Origin: Lytechinus pictus
Lineage: Eukaryota
Direction of reading: 5' to 3'
NCBI RefSeq assembly: GCF_037042905.1
Contig: NC_087251.1
Span: forward strand, 40,178,001-40,242,000
Length of the DNA: 64,000 nucleotides
Shown: positions 53,201 through 64,000 of the stretch, one piece after another
Layout of the letters: the number at the start of each line of letters is the position of its first letter
Position numbering within the stretch: the stretch's first letter is position 1
The notes under the pieces: generated by a model
Seen by the model: only the letters and a program-made list of their open reading frames with translations
Database searches by the model: none
What the model was told of the DNA's origin: nothing
Position numbers and translations under genes: made by a program

Positions 53201-55890
53201 CAGAAGGGTAAGATGAAAATGTGTCACTGTGATCTTGACCTTTTGACCTTAAAATCAAAAGGCTTCCTGGGATCCATTCTAGTATCATACACACCAAATT
53301 ATATGAGTCTAGGTTAAGTTAAACTGAAGTTATGTTTACAAGAACTGCAGAAAGGTAAGATGAAAACATGTCACTGTGACCTTGACCTTTTGACCTCAAA
53401 ATCAATAGGCTTCCTGGGACCATGCTAGTATCATACACCCCAAATTATGTGAGCCTAGGTTAAGTCAAACTAAAGTTAACATGTTTACAAGGAAAAGTTA
53501 ACAGACGGACGGACACCGAGTGTGATACCATAATACGTCCTGTCTAGGACGGGCGTATAAAAATTGGTATAATGACAATCATAAATCTGATATAATTATA
53601 TTTCCACCTCATTATATCAGAAGCATACTCGGTCAAAAAAAAGGTTTTGGAGCGTCCGCCATGTATAAACTAGTAATATCAATTTATCGGTGATAAGTTT
53701 TTTTTAGGTGGAAATATAATTATAGTGTAATGTATAAAATCGTTATAATTTTTTTGTTAATGTTAGTTGAGTCACGCTGGTTCTTGGGAGTGTCCCGGCG
53801 TCATATGAAGGTATAAAATTTTGATTCATATAGGTTCTGGAGTAGGCCTACATGCCTGGGCAAATAAATTTTTAATTGAATAAAAATGCTTTCAAGAAAT
53901 TATACATGTAGATCACTTGCTCATAAACAAATCAGTCAAAACAAAGTTAAACAGCTTCACAACAAGTTTCACTGTTTTACATACAATTGGCCATTATTAT
54001 TATTATCATTACTAGGCCAGTATCACTTATCATGAACCATGTTATCACATTTATTTTTTTTCAGAGTTGATTTTCATCTTGTCCATCATGACCTAATTTC
54101 AATGTGAATATACTCTTTAATTAATTCTTCTTATCATATTATATCATAATCATATTTTTTTATGGGGGGGGGGGGTTGCGGCACACAATAAAATGGTGGA
54201 ATTACTGAAAAGAAAACAGAAATACTAGTAAATGATTAAAAGGAAGGAAAGAAGGAAAGAAAAAGAAAGAAAGAAAGAAAGAAAGAGGAAAAAGAACAAT
54301 AAGAAGAGGATATTTTAATTCAGTAAAAAAATTATTCCAAGGCCAGATTGAATTTAGCAGAATACAAATGGTTGACAAATAAAAATTTTACATAGATTCA
54401 ATAACAGTAATTCATATGACCAAACATGAACTTAAAGAGTTAACACTCATTAAAACATCTCAAGGAAGGATACTTATACAAAAGAAAAAAGAAAGATAAT
54501 CCCCATCCAGTGGCTCCTATGATGAATACATCTCTGAAATAATAAGTGATGCACTTAATTACATTGTATTTATTTCATATCTTTCAACCATTATATTATT
54601 CTATATATAACATATATCTAATACAGCAAAATAAAAAGAAAACAAAATGAAGGAAAGAACACAGAAAAATAAGAGAGGGAGAGAAAGAAAGGATACAAAA
54701 AGTAAATAATTTTTGAGAAAATTGAAAAAAAGGACAAATAAATGGAAAGAAAAACAAAAAAAGAAGGAAAGTGAGGTTTTTTTTTTTCCTAATTGTATTG
54801 TATTCATTTAAAAATATCTTTCAATCATAATATAATTCTACATATAACCTAAATATTTAAATAAAACATAATGAAAAGATAAAATGAAGGAAGGAAAGAA
54901 AGAAAAAAAATAATAGAGGAAGATAGAGAAAGAAAGAGGGAAGGAATCAAAAAGTAAAGAATTTTTGAAGAAGATTGAAAAGGACAAATAAATGGAAAGA
55001 CAAAAAAAAAATAGGAAAGCTAAGAAAATTCCAGAAAATCACCCTTTTCTGGAAATTTGAATCAGCTGTATAATCTTGGCAGCAACTGGTCAGATTTGGA
55101 CCATCTTGGTGTCATTTTAAATCATCTTCAAAGGCCTTTTCACTGGCCATCTTGAACATCTGAATTAGATCATTTGAATTTTATACGGCATTATCCTGGT
55201 TTAACTTTAAGTCATTAGGGCCTACTCCATTTACTGCCGTTTATTTCGTCAGCAGCAGTGACTTTTCAGCTCTCCCATTGACTTTGTACACAACGAGCGC
55301 ACACACACACACCGACAACCACAAGAAGAGAGGTGACTTATTTCAGGATAAGGCCTAATTTTCAGGTTGACATCCCTACTTTTGATGATGAATGATGCAA
55401 CAATTATTTTCTATACTTTTTCCCCACTTTTTATGATTTTTTTGCCTGTGTCGCTGGCGTTTTGCGCGTGGCACATGAAGAGCTTGTGGAATTTACGTGT
55501 GTCGCATGCGATGCATGTTTTCTACATTGGCGAGAACGTTGCCGCGAGGTATGGACACACGCAAAGTCTGGACTCGACTCACTGGCATACTGACTGTTGC
55601 ATTACCGTCATGACCGTCAAAAAGGCCAATGCACTGACATAAATATGAATAGATGGGGCCTGACTTAACTTAAGACTGACTGGATAACTGCTTTTTTAAT
55701 TTTAACGATAAATTGTACTTCAAATTCAAGTAAGGCGTTAGGAAGCACTTTCAGTATGTAATCATATTTTGCTTACCGAATAATATATACTTCTAATTTG
55801 CTTCGAAGCTAATTGCTGAGCAGGAACTTTCACCTGTTTCTGATAAAAACGTAGGAATCGACATGATCTTTGGAATAGTGACGCCATCAT
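28130..55890 (-). CDS. BCKDHA: Branched-chain 2-oxo acid dehydrogenase E1 alpha subunit, mitochondrial; complete, 9 exons, 447 aa
   Basis: complement(join(55777-55890,51979-52239,48480-48588,47800-47961,40708-40852,37733-37794,36130-36271,33441-33612,28130-28306)) = 1344 nt, all GT-AG, open frame. Motifs [24 protein letters not shown] motif GDGAASEGD...CRNN, phospho-loop GHHSTSDDS. Confidence 0.96.
30270..32210 (-). mobile_element. DIRS1-like tyrosine-recombinase retrotransposon 5' fragment (terminal repeat plus decayed ORF1)
   Basis: More GC-rich than its surroundings. The minus strand gives gag-like [21 protein letters not shown] and [13 protein letters not shown] pieces broken by stops and frameshifts. 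Promoter-like end with tataaata followed by cactccctctttctc at ~32050-32010. No RT or YR domain retained. Confidence 0.5.
31745..31925 (+). repeat. ~35-40-bp tandem repeat (aagaactgggttctgagacctctgtctttt)
   Basis: Five units seen directly. Confidence 0.85.
33441..33612 (-). CDS. BCKDHA: BCKDHA exon 8
   Basis: [35 protein letters not shown]...ETKKN. Confidence 0.95.
34660..35982. mobile_element. piggyBac-like non-autonomous element (TTAA, CCC start) with a nested HINE family-1 fragment (34990-35455)
   Basis: ttaa|ccctaaaaggcccggggg ... cccccagtcctatcagga|ttaa. 34990-35455 matches 45020-45420 (gccgtcggaaaagcggc...catgcaggc). Internal duplication 34735-34900 / 35565-35715. Confidence 0.6.
36130..36271 (-). 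CDS. BCKDHA: BCKDHA exon 7
   Basis: [29 protein letters not shown]...PVLIEAMTY. Confidence 0.95.
36479..37213. mobile_element. pogo/Tigger-like MITE, TA TSD, 22-bp perfect TIR
   Basis: ta|cagtccgacctctcttatccgg ... ccggataagagaggtcggactg|ta, with subterminal ttatccgg repeats. Confidence 0.9.
37733..37794 (-). CDS. BCKDHA: BCKDHA exon 6
   Basis: [20 protein letters not shown] between ttcag and gtaag. Confidence 0.93.
40708..40852 (-). CDS. BCKDHA: BCKDHA exon 5
   Basis: [47 protein letters not shown]. Confidence 0.95.
41677..45020 (+). mobile_element. CR1/L2-group non-LTR retrotransposon, 5'-truncated, intact ORF2, (aaacttg)n tail
   Basis: Host repeat breaks at gacctt|41677 and resumes at 45019-acctt; 3' UTR ends aataaatgaaacttgaaacttgaaac. 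Confidence 0.92.
41710..44727 (+). CDS. LINE ORF2: AP-endonuclease plus reverse transcriptase (1005 aa, uninterrupted)
   Basis: APE motifs INCRSL, LTETW, GGGVG, IYRPP, LGDYN, PTR, LLDNIF, SDHFPV. RT motifs [42 protein letters not shown]. Confidence 0.95.
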   Translation: MYNLESQYLNDITRLNRFLSPDVDTEDATFNLSNNVFSISKFNTKLRDCVSNNNCINDKHFSCIHINCRSLSKNHENLISFLSCLDIKPTIIGLTETWISESTPSAIFNIDDYKFVGLERKNKRGGGVGFYIRNDVEYSHVTEFDINECHVEGIFLELKLCNNSIYVASIYRPPGQPIGLFVNSLCAILDKINISCKKLYLLGDYNIDLLKVNRNYEVNIFLDTLISYSLNTLIHYPTRVTDHSATLLDNIFTNDESVFLSGALFSDISDHFPVFCLSNTILNCNKNNNISGKRRNITDQNIAKFILELNKVVWNVDHEDPNKSYDKFLDKFLHAYNVCFPYSSFSITNKNRSYKPWMTKEIQKLTKRKCKMYKKFIKNPSEYRKCVYKKSRNKLTNLIKKTKKEYFRLQFQNASGDMKQTWKVINKTLGRSQKKAGLDKITYQDQVLTDNKVICNTINKYFVNIGPKLHSEFTSNINTQSDLLKYITKNDKSLFLSPITPKEILDIVTGFKNNVSAGFDGIDVKVVKKSIHVIAKLLCDIFNSSFVTGIFPDQLKIARVVPVFKSGSPDIISNYRPISVLSIFSKILERCIYSRLHSFISQCNILNNNQFGFRKGHSTSSALAEFVYKVTSALDKQETMIGLFIDLSKAFDSLDHDLLLRKLSYYGIRGVALSLFDNYFQNRKQFVSIDNFSSSMQGIRCGVPQGSILGPLLFIIYINDLSNVSKIVDSILYADDTSLFMSHKNVQTLQTIFNKELKYVSNWLTVNKLTLNVKKSNFLVFTNKNRSQFKFEVCLNDKPVNEVTFTTFLGVNVDNKLTWNEHAGVICNKVAKIVGVMYKLHTLPKNILLLLYNTLILPYLNYCIIAWGNAFQTHINRIFLLQKKAMRIITHSSYLSHSGPLFTSLKILNIMDLNRMNIALFMFFYKKDLLPNSLKNYFLLNTSVHTYSTRNAQNIHIPQCSTSIFKNSIFYQGPVIWNSIPSDIQSSPSVSVFKRKYKTFLLSKS
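45706..46728. mobile_element. HINE-like family 2 with ~150-bp tandem core units
   Basis: Ends atacgcccgcc ... ggacaggcctataaaaaa, (ggac)n microsatellite at 46666-46678, about 6 core units. Confidence 0.75.
46955..47376. mobile_element. Palindromic MITE with ~115-bp imperfect TIRs
   Basis: gtgctgaagcttttcga...cgttagagcgaaacaatata vs tatattgtttcgctctaacg...tcgaaaagcttcagcac. Confidence 0.75.
47503..47790 (+). mobile_element. tRNA-derived SINE with (tta)n tail
   Basis: A box tggcccagtgg (47512), B box ggttcgaatcc (47556), ~200-bp body, (tta)n tail. Confidence 0.88.
47800..47961 (-). CDS. BCKDHA: BCKDHA exon 4
   Basis: [53 protein letters not shown]. Confidence 0.95.
48480..48588 (-). CDS. BCKDHA: BCKDHA exon 3
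   Basis: [36 protein letters not shown]. Confidence 0.95.
48937..49460 (+). repeat. 23-bp minisatellite (ggaactggtatttgaatggcata)n, ~22 copies
   Basis: Period 23 seen directly; explains the repetitive ORFs 48876-49585. Confidence 0.95.
49545..51708. mobile_element. Sola2-like non-autonomous DNA transposon (4-bp TSD, GGG...CCC ends)
   Basis: actt|gggtgattccatac ... gtgtggaatcgccc|actt; many gtgtcgtacgggaca motifs inside. Confidence 0.75.
51725..51898. mobile_element. Small palindromic MITE
   Basis: gtttcatgaagttgtcag ... ctgacaactttcatgaaac. Confidence 0.65.
51979..52239 (-). CDS. BCKDHA: BCKDHA exon 2
   Basis: [21 protein letters not shown]...[12 protein letters not shown]...[11 protein letters not shown]. 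Confidence 0.93.
52982..53563. mobile_element. HINE-like family 2, second copy (~3 core units)
   Basis: Same ends and units as 45706-46728; ends gacgggcgtataaaaa. Confidence 0.8.
55777..55890 (-). CDS. BCKDHA: BCKDHA exon 1 (mitochondrial transit peptide)
   Basis: [38 protein letters not shown]|gtaag; Arg/Lys/Ser-rich with no acidic residues; phase 0 matches exon 2. Confidence 0.8.
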
Positions 55891-56428
55891 TACTACTAAA
55901 GACTAGACAAGTGCTATCGCTAGCTAGTAGTCGATGGCATGGTGCGAGTGCTCGCGCTCGACGATCACGTCGTATTACCGGTGGGTGAAATACTATCAGG
56001 GAACACTTCCCTGATACTATGAACCAACTAGCCATTGTTTCCTTATAAAATATGAATATGCATGATTATAAAAGAAATTTTCACCTTCTTTTTTTTTGCA
56101 CATCATATACATTTTTGTGATGGTTCTTAGTTCAAATGACCCGTTTTTCGCATATTTTTTTTTTCTTCAAGTAAGTACCGGTATATAGTAAGAACTGCAA
56201 CTTATTTACGAATTCATTTTAAAAACAAATTATTCTAAATCGTTATCCCGATATTTTTCTCATAATAAGTGTTCATCTTGGGTTGAGGCTGCATGCAGAG
56301 TGATACAGAGTCATGTTAAAGCATAGAGATATCTTACTAATTTGTATATATCTCTCTCTATGTGAAGGTAGACAACTTTCACCAGTTTCTGATAAAAAGT
56401 ATGTTCTTTGGAATAGTGCATGCCCAGG

Positions 56429-58920
56429 CCCAGCTAACACATAACGTAATAACATTTTTTAAAGATCTTAGAAATGCTTTAAAAACATTAGAACATTTGC
56501 ATAACATTAATGAAACATTATTCCCTTTATGTTCATCATTGAATAAACGTTATCCAGCATATAGGCCCTAATTAATATTTTCACACAACCCGCCAAAACC
56601 TCCTCAGCAATTACTTTCCCAGCTCTAACAACCCTTAGGAAGTGTCTACGTTCTTCTACTGTTACTAGCGATCTCCGACCTTAACGGACGAAGGATACAA
56701 GAGAGATGGCCTGACAAGAAAACATTTAAAAGACATTTTTTATTAAAAAAAATCAGAACATCTTATCAAAATGTCAAATCTTGACGTTAAAATGACATGA
56801 AAGAAACATTCTTAAGAATATTTTTATATAATGTTAAATAACATTTTTAAAACGTTCTTATGATGCTATGGCAATAAAATCTAAAAAGTCATGAAAATAT
56901 GTTTTCGAAATATTTCAACAAAACATTTTTGACAAAATGTTTGTTTGATATTCTCTAAAAAATGATCAAAATATGTATTAGAAACATAATAATTTTGACG
57001 TTTTCGTGATATCATTTTAACATTTTTGAGAAACAAAATAGCATTTTACTAACATCTTCATAATGTTTTACAGTGGATGTGAAAATGTAATTCCAAAAAC
57101 GCTGTTAAAATAGTTTGACATTAACATCAAACGTTCTTGAAAGGTTATGAAACTATGTTAATATAATATTTTAAATAAGCGTTTTTGAAAAATGTTTTCC
57201 TAATATTTTTCTAAAACGTTTCTGAAATATATTTTAGACTTATTTCCCAATGTTTTTTAAATATGGTTTTCATATTTTTTCAGAAACTTAATAATATTTT
57301 ACTAACATTTTTGGTGAAAAATTCACATTTTAAAAGTATTGTTAGAGTATTAAGACAATGACATCAACCTTTGTAGAAACGTATTGATATGTGTTTTTAT
57401 AATAGTTCAACAAAACATTAAAATAATAATAATTGCCAAAAATATTTCAAAGTATATTTGAAACATCCTTTTTTTTTAGTGTTTTTAAAATACAATTTTA
57501 ACTTTTGTTAACTTTACTATCATCTTTATAAAGTTATACACGGGATCTAAAAATATTTTTAAATGTTGTTATAATAACATCGTTCTTATAATGTTATACA
57601 TTATGTAACAAACATTACAAATATGTTGTTAGAATACTATGACAATAGCATAAAACATTCCCTAAATTACATGATAATATGTTTCTCAAATATTTTAACA
57701 AACATTTTTTTTTGAAATTATGTTTTTAAAATGTTATAAAAAAATGTATCAGAAACATACATATTTTGACTTTTTTTAAATATCATTTAAACATTTTTCT
57801 AGAAACAACCATTTACTAACAACTTTATAATGTTATGCATTGCTATGCATTGGGTGTGAAAATAACATCAAACGTTCTCGAAAAATTATGAAAATATGTC
57901 ATTGAAAAAATAACTAAACATTTTTGAAAAAAAAAATAGTTTTGTAATATTTTCCCTAAGTGTTAATGAAATATAAAACAAACATCCTTATTTTGATGTT
58001 TTCAGAAACAAAATAATTCACTAACATTACGATAAGTACATTAGATATAAAAAAAAATCCCACGTTAAAACATTGCTAAAACGTAATAATAATAGCATTT
58101 AAGGTTGTATAAGTTGTGAAAATATGTTCTCAAAATATTTATGCTAAATAATATTGGAAAAATTGTTTTCCTAAAACGTTAAAAAAAAATTATTTCTAAA
58201 CACCTTCTTTAAAAGTTTTGATAATATCATAATAATGATTTTTCACAAACAAAATATTTTAAAAATGTTATCGGAGTATTACATGAATAACGTTAAACGT
58301 TCTAGAAAGGTCACGAGAAAGTATTTAAAAGATATCATGTTGAACACCATTTTATTATTTTTTTTTTAATGTTTTTCAAAACCCTATATACATGTAGATA
58401 AGAGTTCATGTTAAACAAAACCATTTTTCACATTTTCATGATTTTTTTTCAGAAATCAAAGAATAATCTTAATAACACATTTTCAATTTTAAAAATTTGC
58501 TTTCAATGTTATCAAAATGTAATGACGTCAACATGAAACGTTCTATAAAAGTTACCACAAAATATATATATTTATTTTCCAATTAAGCCTTTTATTTTAA
58601 CATTTGTTTAGCGTTTTCAAAAATGTTAATAGAATTTATTGGGATGTTTATTGTTTTAATGTTTTCATAACATCATATTGACATTTTCAAGATAATCTTT
58701 ATTTCACTTTGAAAATATTGATTACATGATGAAAACAAAATGTTTTGAAAAATATTATTACAATATGATTAAAATGATATCAAACGTTCTAGAAAGGTCA
58801 TGATGAAATGTTTTGACAATATTATAAGGACATTTTGATGGATAAAAAAATGTTGGAAATTATGTCGAGGAAAACCATCTTTAATGTTTTTATGACATCT
58901 AGATAACGTTCTTAAACAAG
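56429..58920 (+). repeat. Diverged AT-rich tandem array upstream of BCKDHA
   Basis: Recurrent acatcaaacgttct(a/t/c)gaaagg motif (57124, 57865, 58290, 58531, 58777) and larger duplicated blocks (56974 / 57745); begins cccagctaaca. Confidence 0.6.
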
Positions 58921-58951
58921 ACCCAACCTGCAAAATCTGGTTGCAATATAG

Positions 58952-59030
58952 TTTCATAGTGGTTAAGGCACCGGCGCGCTGCGGCGTTCAAAGCTGGGGA
59001 CATGGGTTCGATTCCAGTAGAGGCACATTT
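58952..59030 (+). other. tRNA-like Pol III head (SINE remnant)
   Basis: tagtggttaag and gggttcgattcc boxes; no clean cloverleaf. Confidence 0.45.
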
Positions 59031-59070
59031 TTCGGGATCACCAATTTTTCCAAAGGGCAGATAGCCAGTT

Positions 59071-61749
59071 CAGTGGCGTAACAGGCGGGGGGGGGGGCAC
59101 CTTGCCCCCCCCCCCCTGGCGAATTTCACCGGGAAAAAAAACGGGAAAAGGAGAAAAGGGAGGGAGAAAGAAAGGGAAAGGGGAAGGGAAAGGGAAAAGG
59201 AAAGGAGGAAAGGGAAAATGAAAAGAAAACGAAAAAAAAATATATAGTTTTTAAATGGAAAAGGAAGGAAAGCGGGAAAAAAGAACGAAAGAAGAACATT
59301 TCAGAAAGAACTAATCATTCCGATATAGGCATATCATAGGCGGATCCAGCTTTTGGCGAAAGGGGGGGGGGGCGCACTGCCGAGCGGCGCACATATTTTT
59401 GCACTTCGCCGGCGCCATAAAAGAAAATGTTGAAAAAGGGGTAAAGTCTGACCCTGTCAAATGCTCTTTTTAAAATGTAGGATTTCCAATCATGCCATTT
59501 TGCATGACCACACGCAGATAATATTTCCGGGGGGGGGGGCAAGACTCGAAAATTTGGTGCACATCTCACATTTGCAAATTTTTCATAGTTTTCATGAAAT
59601 GTTAAGGGAAAAAAAATGTTTTTCACAACAGCAGATCGCGAAAGTGCCCCCCCCCCCTTCCCCCTTGCTGCGTACGACCATTCCCTGAAGTCCACTTAAA
59701 CATATCTCATTATAACAGAAATATACATCAATTTAAACATATAATAATTCTAAAACATATATAGAGAGAGATCGAAAAACTTATTAAAGAAAGAAACAAG
59801 CAAAAAGTAACACAAATTATGCATGTTATGTGCGATTTCAAAATCTCGTGTATTAATCCTTTTATTGCGATGAGGCCAATACTTTTGTATCTTAATAGAG
59901 GTACAAGTTTTTTTTACTATATGTATATATATATATATATACACAGGGGCGTCGATTCTTTTTTTAAGATTTGGGGGGCAAAATCATGAATCAACTTTCC
60001 AAAGGCGCTCGATATCACACAAAACAAACAAACTCACACAAACACACACACAATATGCATATATATATATATATATATTTATATGACTCATGAGATAGAA
60101 ACACATATCTCACCAACAGTGGCGTAACAGGCGGGGGGGGCAGGGGGGCAAGTTGCCCCCCTGGCGGATTTCACCGGGAAAATAAAAGAAAAACGGGAAA
60201 AAGAAAAAAAAGGGGGAAGAAAGAAAGGGAAAGGGGAAGGAAAGGGGAAAGGAAAGGAGGAAAAGGGAAAAGTGAAGAAAAAAACGAAGAAAAAACATTT
60301 TTTTTAATGGAAAAGGAAGGAAAGCGGGAAAATGTACGAAAGAAGAACATTTGAGAAAGAACAAATCATTCCGAAATAGGCCTATGTAATGCAATAGCAA
60401 GGTGGGAAATAAATTAAAAGATGGCAAAATGGCAAACAATAGCGGGAAACGAAGGTAGAATGTAATTAGTCAAAAGCTAAATTGGAACAAAAGAAAAAGG
60501 GACAAGAAAAAATGTTAACACGGCCGGGCTGCCGATGATTGAAATTATAGAGCGGGAAGAAAGATGGACTGCATACAACATTGTGCTATAACCTTGCTAA
60601 TTTTTATGCAAATAAGCTACCGGAGCTTTGCCCCAGATCCCACGCAGTAGGGGCTCTTCATTTATAACCTTTAAATGGCCATATAACACCCCCGTTCAAT
60701 CACTGGCATACAGGCGGGGGGGGGGGGAGGGCTTGGTTCCACACCTAATACGAAATAAAAGAAATTATAGGAGACAACGTATACTGAAATTAATGGAAAC
60801 AATGAAATGTTTTATTTGCTGAATATAATGGAAAAATCTATCACATAATTAGAATTTAATTTCAATAGGCACTTTTTCCGGCTCGATTTGCACGCTGGCG
60901 ACTTTTTACAAATTTTTCCCACATTGCTATGTTTTGCCCCCTCAAAATATTTGCTTCAGTACGCAACTGGGTTGAATAAATGTGTTGTGTATAAGCTATA
61001 TTCTGTATTTTATGCCAGCGATTTGATTCAAATAGCGGCAATCTGCGAGGTTTAAATGGCTTTGATATCAAGAAGTTCCGGGGCTCCGCCCCAACCGCAC
61101 AGCACTGCGTATGGAAGGGTTGGGCCATGGCCCCCAAAAGTTGTACAAACAAGAACAAAAAAAGGAGGAAAGAAAAGCAAGGGAAAAGTGTAGGATCTGA
61201 TTTTATTTTCTGAATATAATGTCAAAAAATAGCTCAAAGTTAGATTCTCATGAAAAGGTGATTTTTTCTCGCTCGCTTCGCTCGCTCGGGATTTATATAA
61301 AGCAGCTTTTTAGCACATGTGCTAACTATACTGTGCCCCTTTTTTCATTATTTACTATTCACGCTACTGTCGCAAAGAATCCTGTTCCTGGTGGCATATA
61401 GACCACAAAAAGGGAATCTAAAGAGAGAAGGGTGAAATATTTTATTCTCTGGATATCATGTCAAAATTTATCACAAAAATTTGATTTTTGTATGAAAAAG
61501 GTCAAAATTTTTGCTCGCTCGCTTCACTCGCTCGCAACATTTTTTTAATATAAATTCTGCCCGATACGCAATACCTGGCCTTCTCAAAATACAGTAGTCG
61601 CCTCATTACGCCATTGTATGAATTTAATTTGAGAGAAAAACAATAAAACATCTTTTTTTTTATTACGCCTGTTCATACCATGATATGACCGGGATTTTTT
61701 TTGCTCTTGCCCCCCCCCCCCCTGGCCACCGACCCCTGTTCCGCCGCTG
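59071..61749. mobile_element. Cluster of hAT-like G/A-rich interspersed repeat copies
   Basis: cagtggcgtaacagg at 59071 and 60117 followed by near-identical GA tracts; matching IR cctgttccgccgctg at 61735-61749; 60410-60660 recurs at 63700-63950; no TSD found. Confidence 0.55.
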
Positions 61750-62124
61750 CGTTTCACGGTTCAATGGACATTTATTGAAAACAAAAAATACGATTTTCAA
61801 ATATCATAGGCAAGTATTGGTTCATTTTGGGAACTGAAAATGATCTTTTCTCAACTTTTTCGTTATGTTCATGACCAATTAACATGCTTCAGTGATTCAA
61901 ACGCGTTTAATTAAATATCCACGCTTGAATGAACATGTGGAATGCGATTAGCTCTTTTTTACGTTATTGGAAAAAATGCAATTTGTTACTATGGATATCT
62001 GTCACAAACCACCTTGCATAGTTCATTTGATTTGATTCTTATGAAAATCCCGATGTTTAATGCATCAGTGAGCACACAATATTCGAAAATTATGCAAATG
62101 AGAAGAAAGTTCAAGGCCTTGGCC

Positions 62125-62238
62125 CAGTGGCGTACCTAGGATTTTCCACAGGGGGGGCAAAACCGTCCGCCAAAAAAAAAAAAAAAAAAAAGGTCTTCGA
62201 TCACAAATAAAGGATTTCGTACCAGAAAAAAATTGACA

Positions 62239-62272
<34 letters not shown>

Positions 62273-62435
62273 TCTTCAAGCTCGTCAGGGGGGCATTGAA
62301 GGTCTTAAAGCTCGTCAGGGGGGGGGGGCAAAAAAGGTTTTTCAAGCCCGTCAGGGGGGGCAAAGATACGTTTTTGCATGGGTTGTGACTCGTCAGGGGG
62401 GGGCAGAGTGCCCCCTCCCCGTAGGTACGCTAGTG
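62125..62435. mobile_element. hAT-like MITE with perfect 8-bp TSD
   Basis: ccttggcc|cagtggcgtaccta ... taggtacgctagtg|ccttggcc; internal ctcgtcagggggg repeats. Confidence 0.88.
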
Positions 62436-64000
62436 CCTTGGCCCCACTCTGTGTCGTATCGAATGGTTATTTTGGTGTGCGCGCCTTTTGGATAGTGTTA
62501 CTCTGAAGCCATGTACGAAGTTTCATGAAATAACTATTGGCAGAAGTAACAAAAACCGTCCATGAAACAAACCCTCATTTCATATTTGTTAAAATTTTGA
62601 CTTCGTCTCTCATAGACTTATGTACATTATGGGTGCACCTCTTTAAGAATAAGTAACCCCTTATTCAATATAGTGGAACTTTTTTTCACGTCTGTCTTTA
62701 GCAATGTCATTTGGCAGTAATGTTAATCAACCTATGGGCAGAATTCTGTGCAAAAATGAAATCGATTTGTTTATTTATGGATGAGTGAGCACGCATCAAA
62801 GTGGGAAAATTGGTATTTTCAATGTCACAGACTCATTTTAAAGGGTAATAAAGTGAATATTGGGGGCAAATTCGGTTTCAAATTGCTATTGTTTTTATCA
62901 TCCATCATTTCTATCACCACACACTTCCCGAACTTTAAACATTTTCATGGTTGAGCGAGCACATTCGAAAACTTAGGAATGAATACTCTTTATACTGCAT
63001 AAATGTATTCTTTTCCTAACAATTCCTCATGATCAGTTTAATTTATGGACAAATCAGTGGTGGGTCCAGAATTTTAAAATGGGGGAGGGGCCTTTAATCG
63101 GGGGAGCCACCAACATTATCAAATTTTAACATGATCTAACAAGTTGTAGAGGATACTACCATAAACCCCTATGATGATACGTCACAATACAGGGGCCGGG
63201 GAAGGGTTTTCAAAGTGGGGGGGGGGGGGCTAGCCATGCAAAAAATCATAATCGTATGGTCATTTTTACATTTTTGTACATGCTTTTGGAAAAAATTGAG
63301 GGGGGGAACTGAAGCTCCCCGCCCAGCACCCCCCCCCCCCGCGGCCCCTGCAATACATTGTGCTCACTCAACCATGAACATTAAGATATCAAAATTGTGT
63401 GTGGAGTGGCTAAATGATGGATAGTAAAATAGCATAACACCATACAATTCACCTAAAGACAACATTTGCCCAACTTTGTATTTGCACAATCTGAAAAACG
63501 ACTCTTGTGACTTTCAAAAATGGTCATTTTTTATTCAATCTTTAATTACTCATGCATGACTCAACCGATCAATTTTATTTTTCCCCAGGAGTTGCTTAAT
63601 GAGTGTAGAAAACCACCTACGGAATATCATATCTCAAAATAATTCCGTTCAAAAGTTACAGCAATTTGATTTAGGGGGGACTTACTTTTTTTGTTGTGTA
63701 TAGATTAAAAGATGACAAAATGGCAAACAATAGCGGGAAACGAAGGTAGAATGGAATTAGCTAAAAGCTAAAATTGGAAAACAAAGAAAAGGGACAAGAA
63801 AAAAACACTTAAAAACACGACCGGGCTGCCGAGGATTGAAAATAAAGAGCGGGAAGAGATGGACTGCATACAACATTGTGCTATAAGCTTGCTAAATTTT
63901 ATGCAAATAAGCTACCGGGGCTTTGTCCCAGACCCCACGCAGTAGGGGCTCTATATTACGCCCCCCTGTAGGGAGCATGGACCCTTCCTACATTAAGCTT

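Noticed and set aside
55040..55160. Possible BCKDHA first exon (atgttcaagatggcc...)
   Set aside because: Stops in all frames; 55777-55890 fits phase and transit-peptide composition.
56429..58998. Single TIR element cccagct...agctggg
   Set aside because: Only a 7-bp match, no TSD, and the right end lies inside the tRNA-like head.
58952..59030. Functional tRNA gene
   Set aside because: A/B boxes present but no coherent acceptor or anticodon stems; more likely a SINE head.
63190..63350. hAT MITE with full TSD
   Set aside because: IR ends are present (caggggcc/ggcccctg) but only a 5-6-bp flanking duplication; not asserted.

Overview
Eukaryotic, AT-rich, repeat-dense genomic DNA. The repeat style suggests a marine invertebrate, probably a sea urchin, but this is inference. 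Two spliced genes lie tail-to-tail. (1) An APMAP/strictosidine-synthase-like beta-propeller gene on + with 7 coding exons at 16281-24090; its 5' exons were not confidently found. (2) A complete 9-exon BCKDHA gene on - (55890->28130, 1344 nt, 447 aa, with a mitochondrial transit-like peptide). The rest is a dense, nested transposon landscape. It includes a 5.4-kb foldback-type element (2261-7683) with an exact 8-bp (possibly 9-bp) target duplication and opposed arrays of palindromic tandem units, and an intact 1005-aa APE-RT LINE ORF2 inserted into a Helentron-associated (HINE-like) tandem-repeat element. There is also a DIRS-like fragment inside another HINE, a 2.2-kb Sola2-like non-autonomous element with a 4-bp TSD, Kolobok-, hAT-, Tc1/pogo- and piggyBac-like MITEs, tRNA-derived SINEs and minisatellites. 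Most short ORFs in the track are spurious. All family names come from reading motifs by eye, not from database searches.
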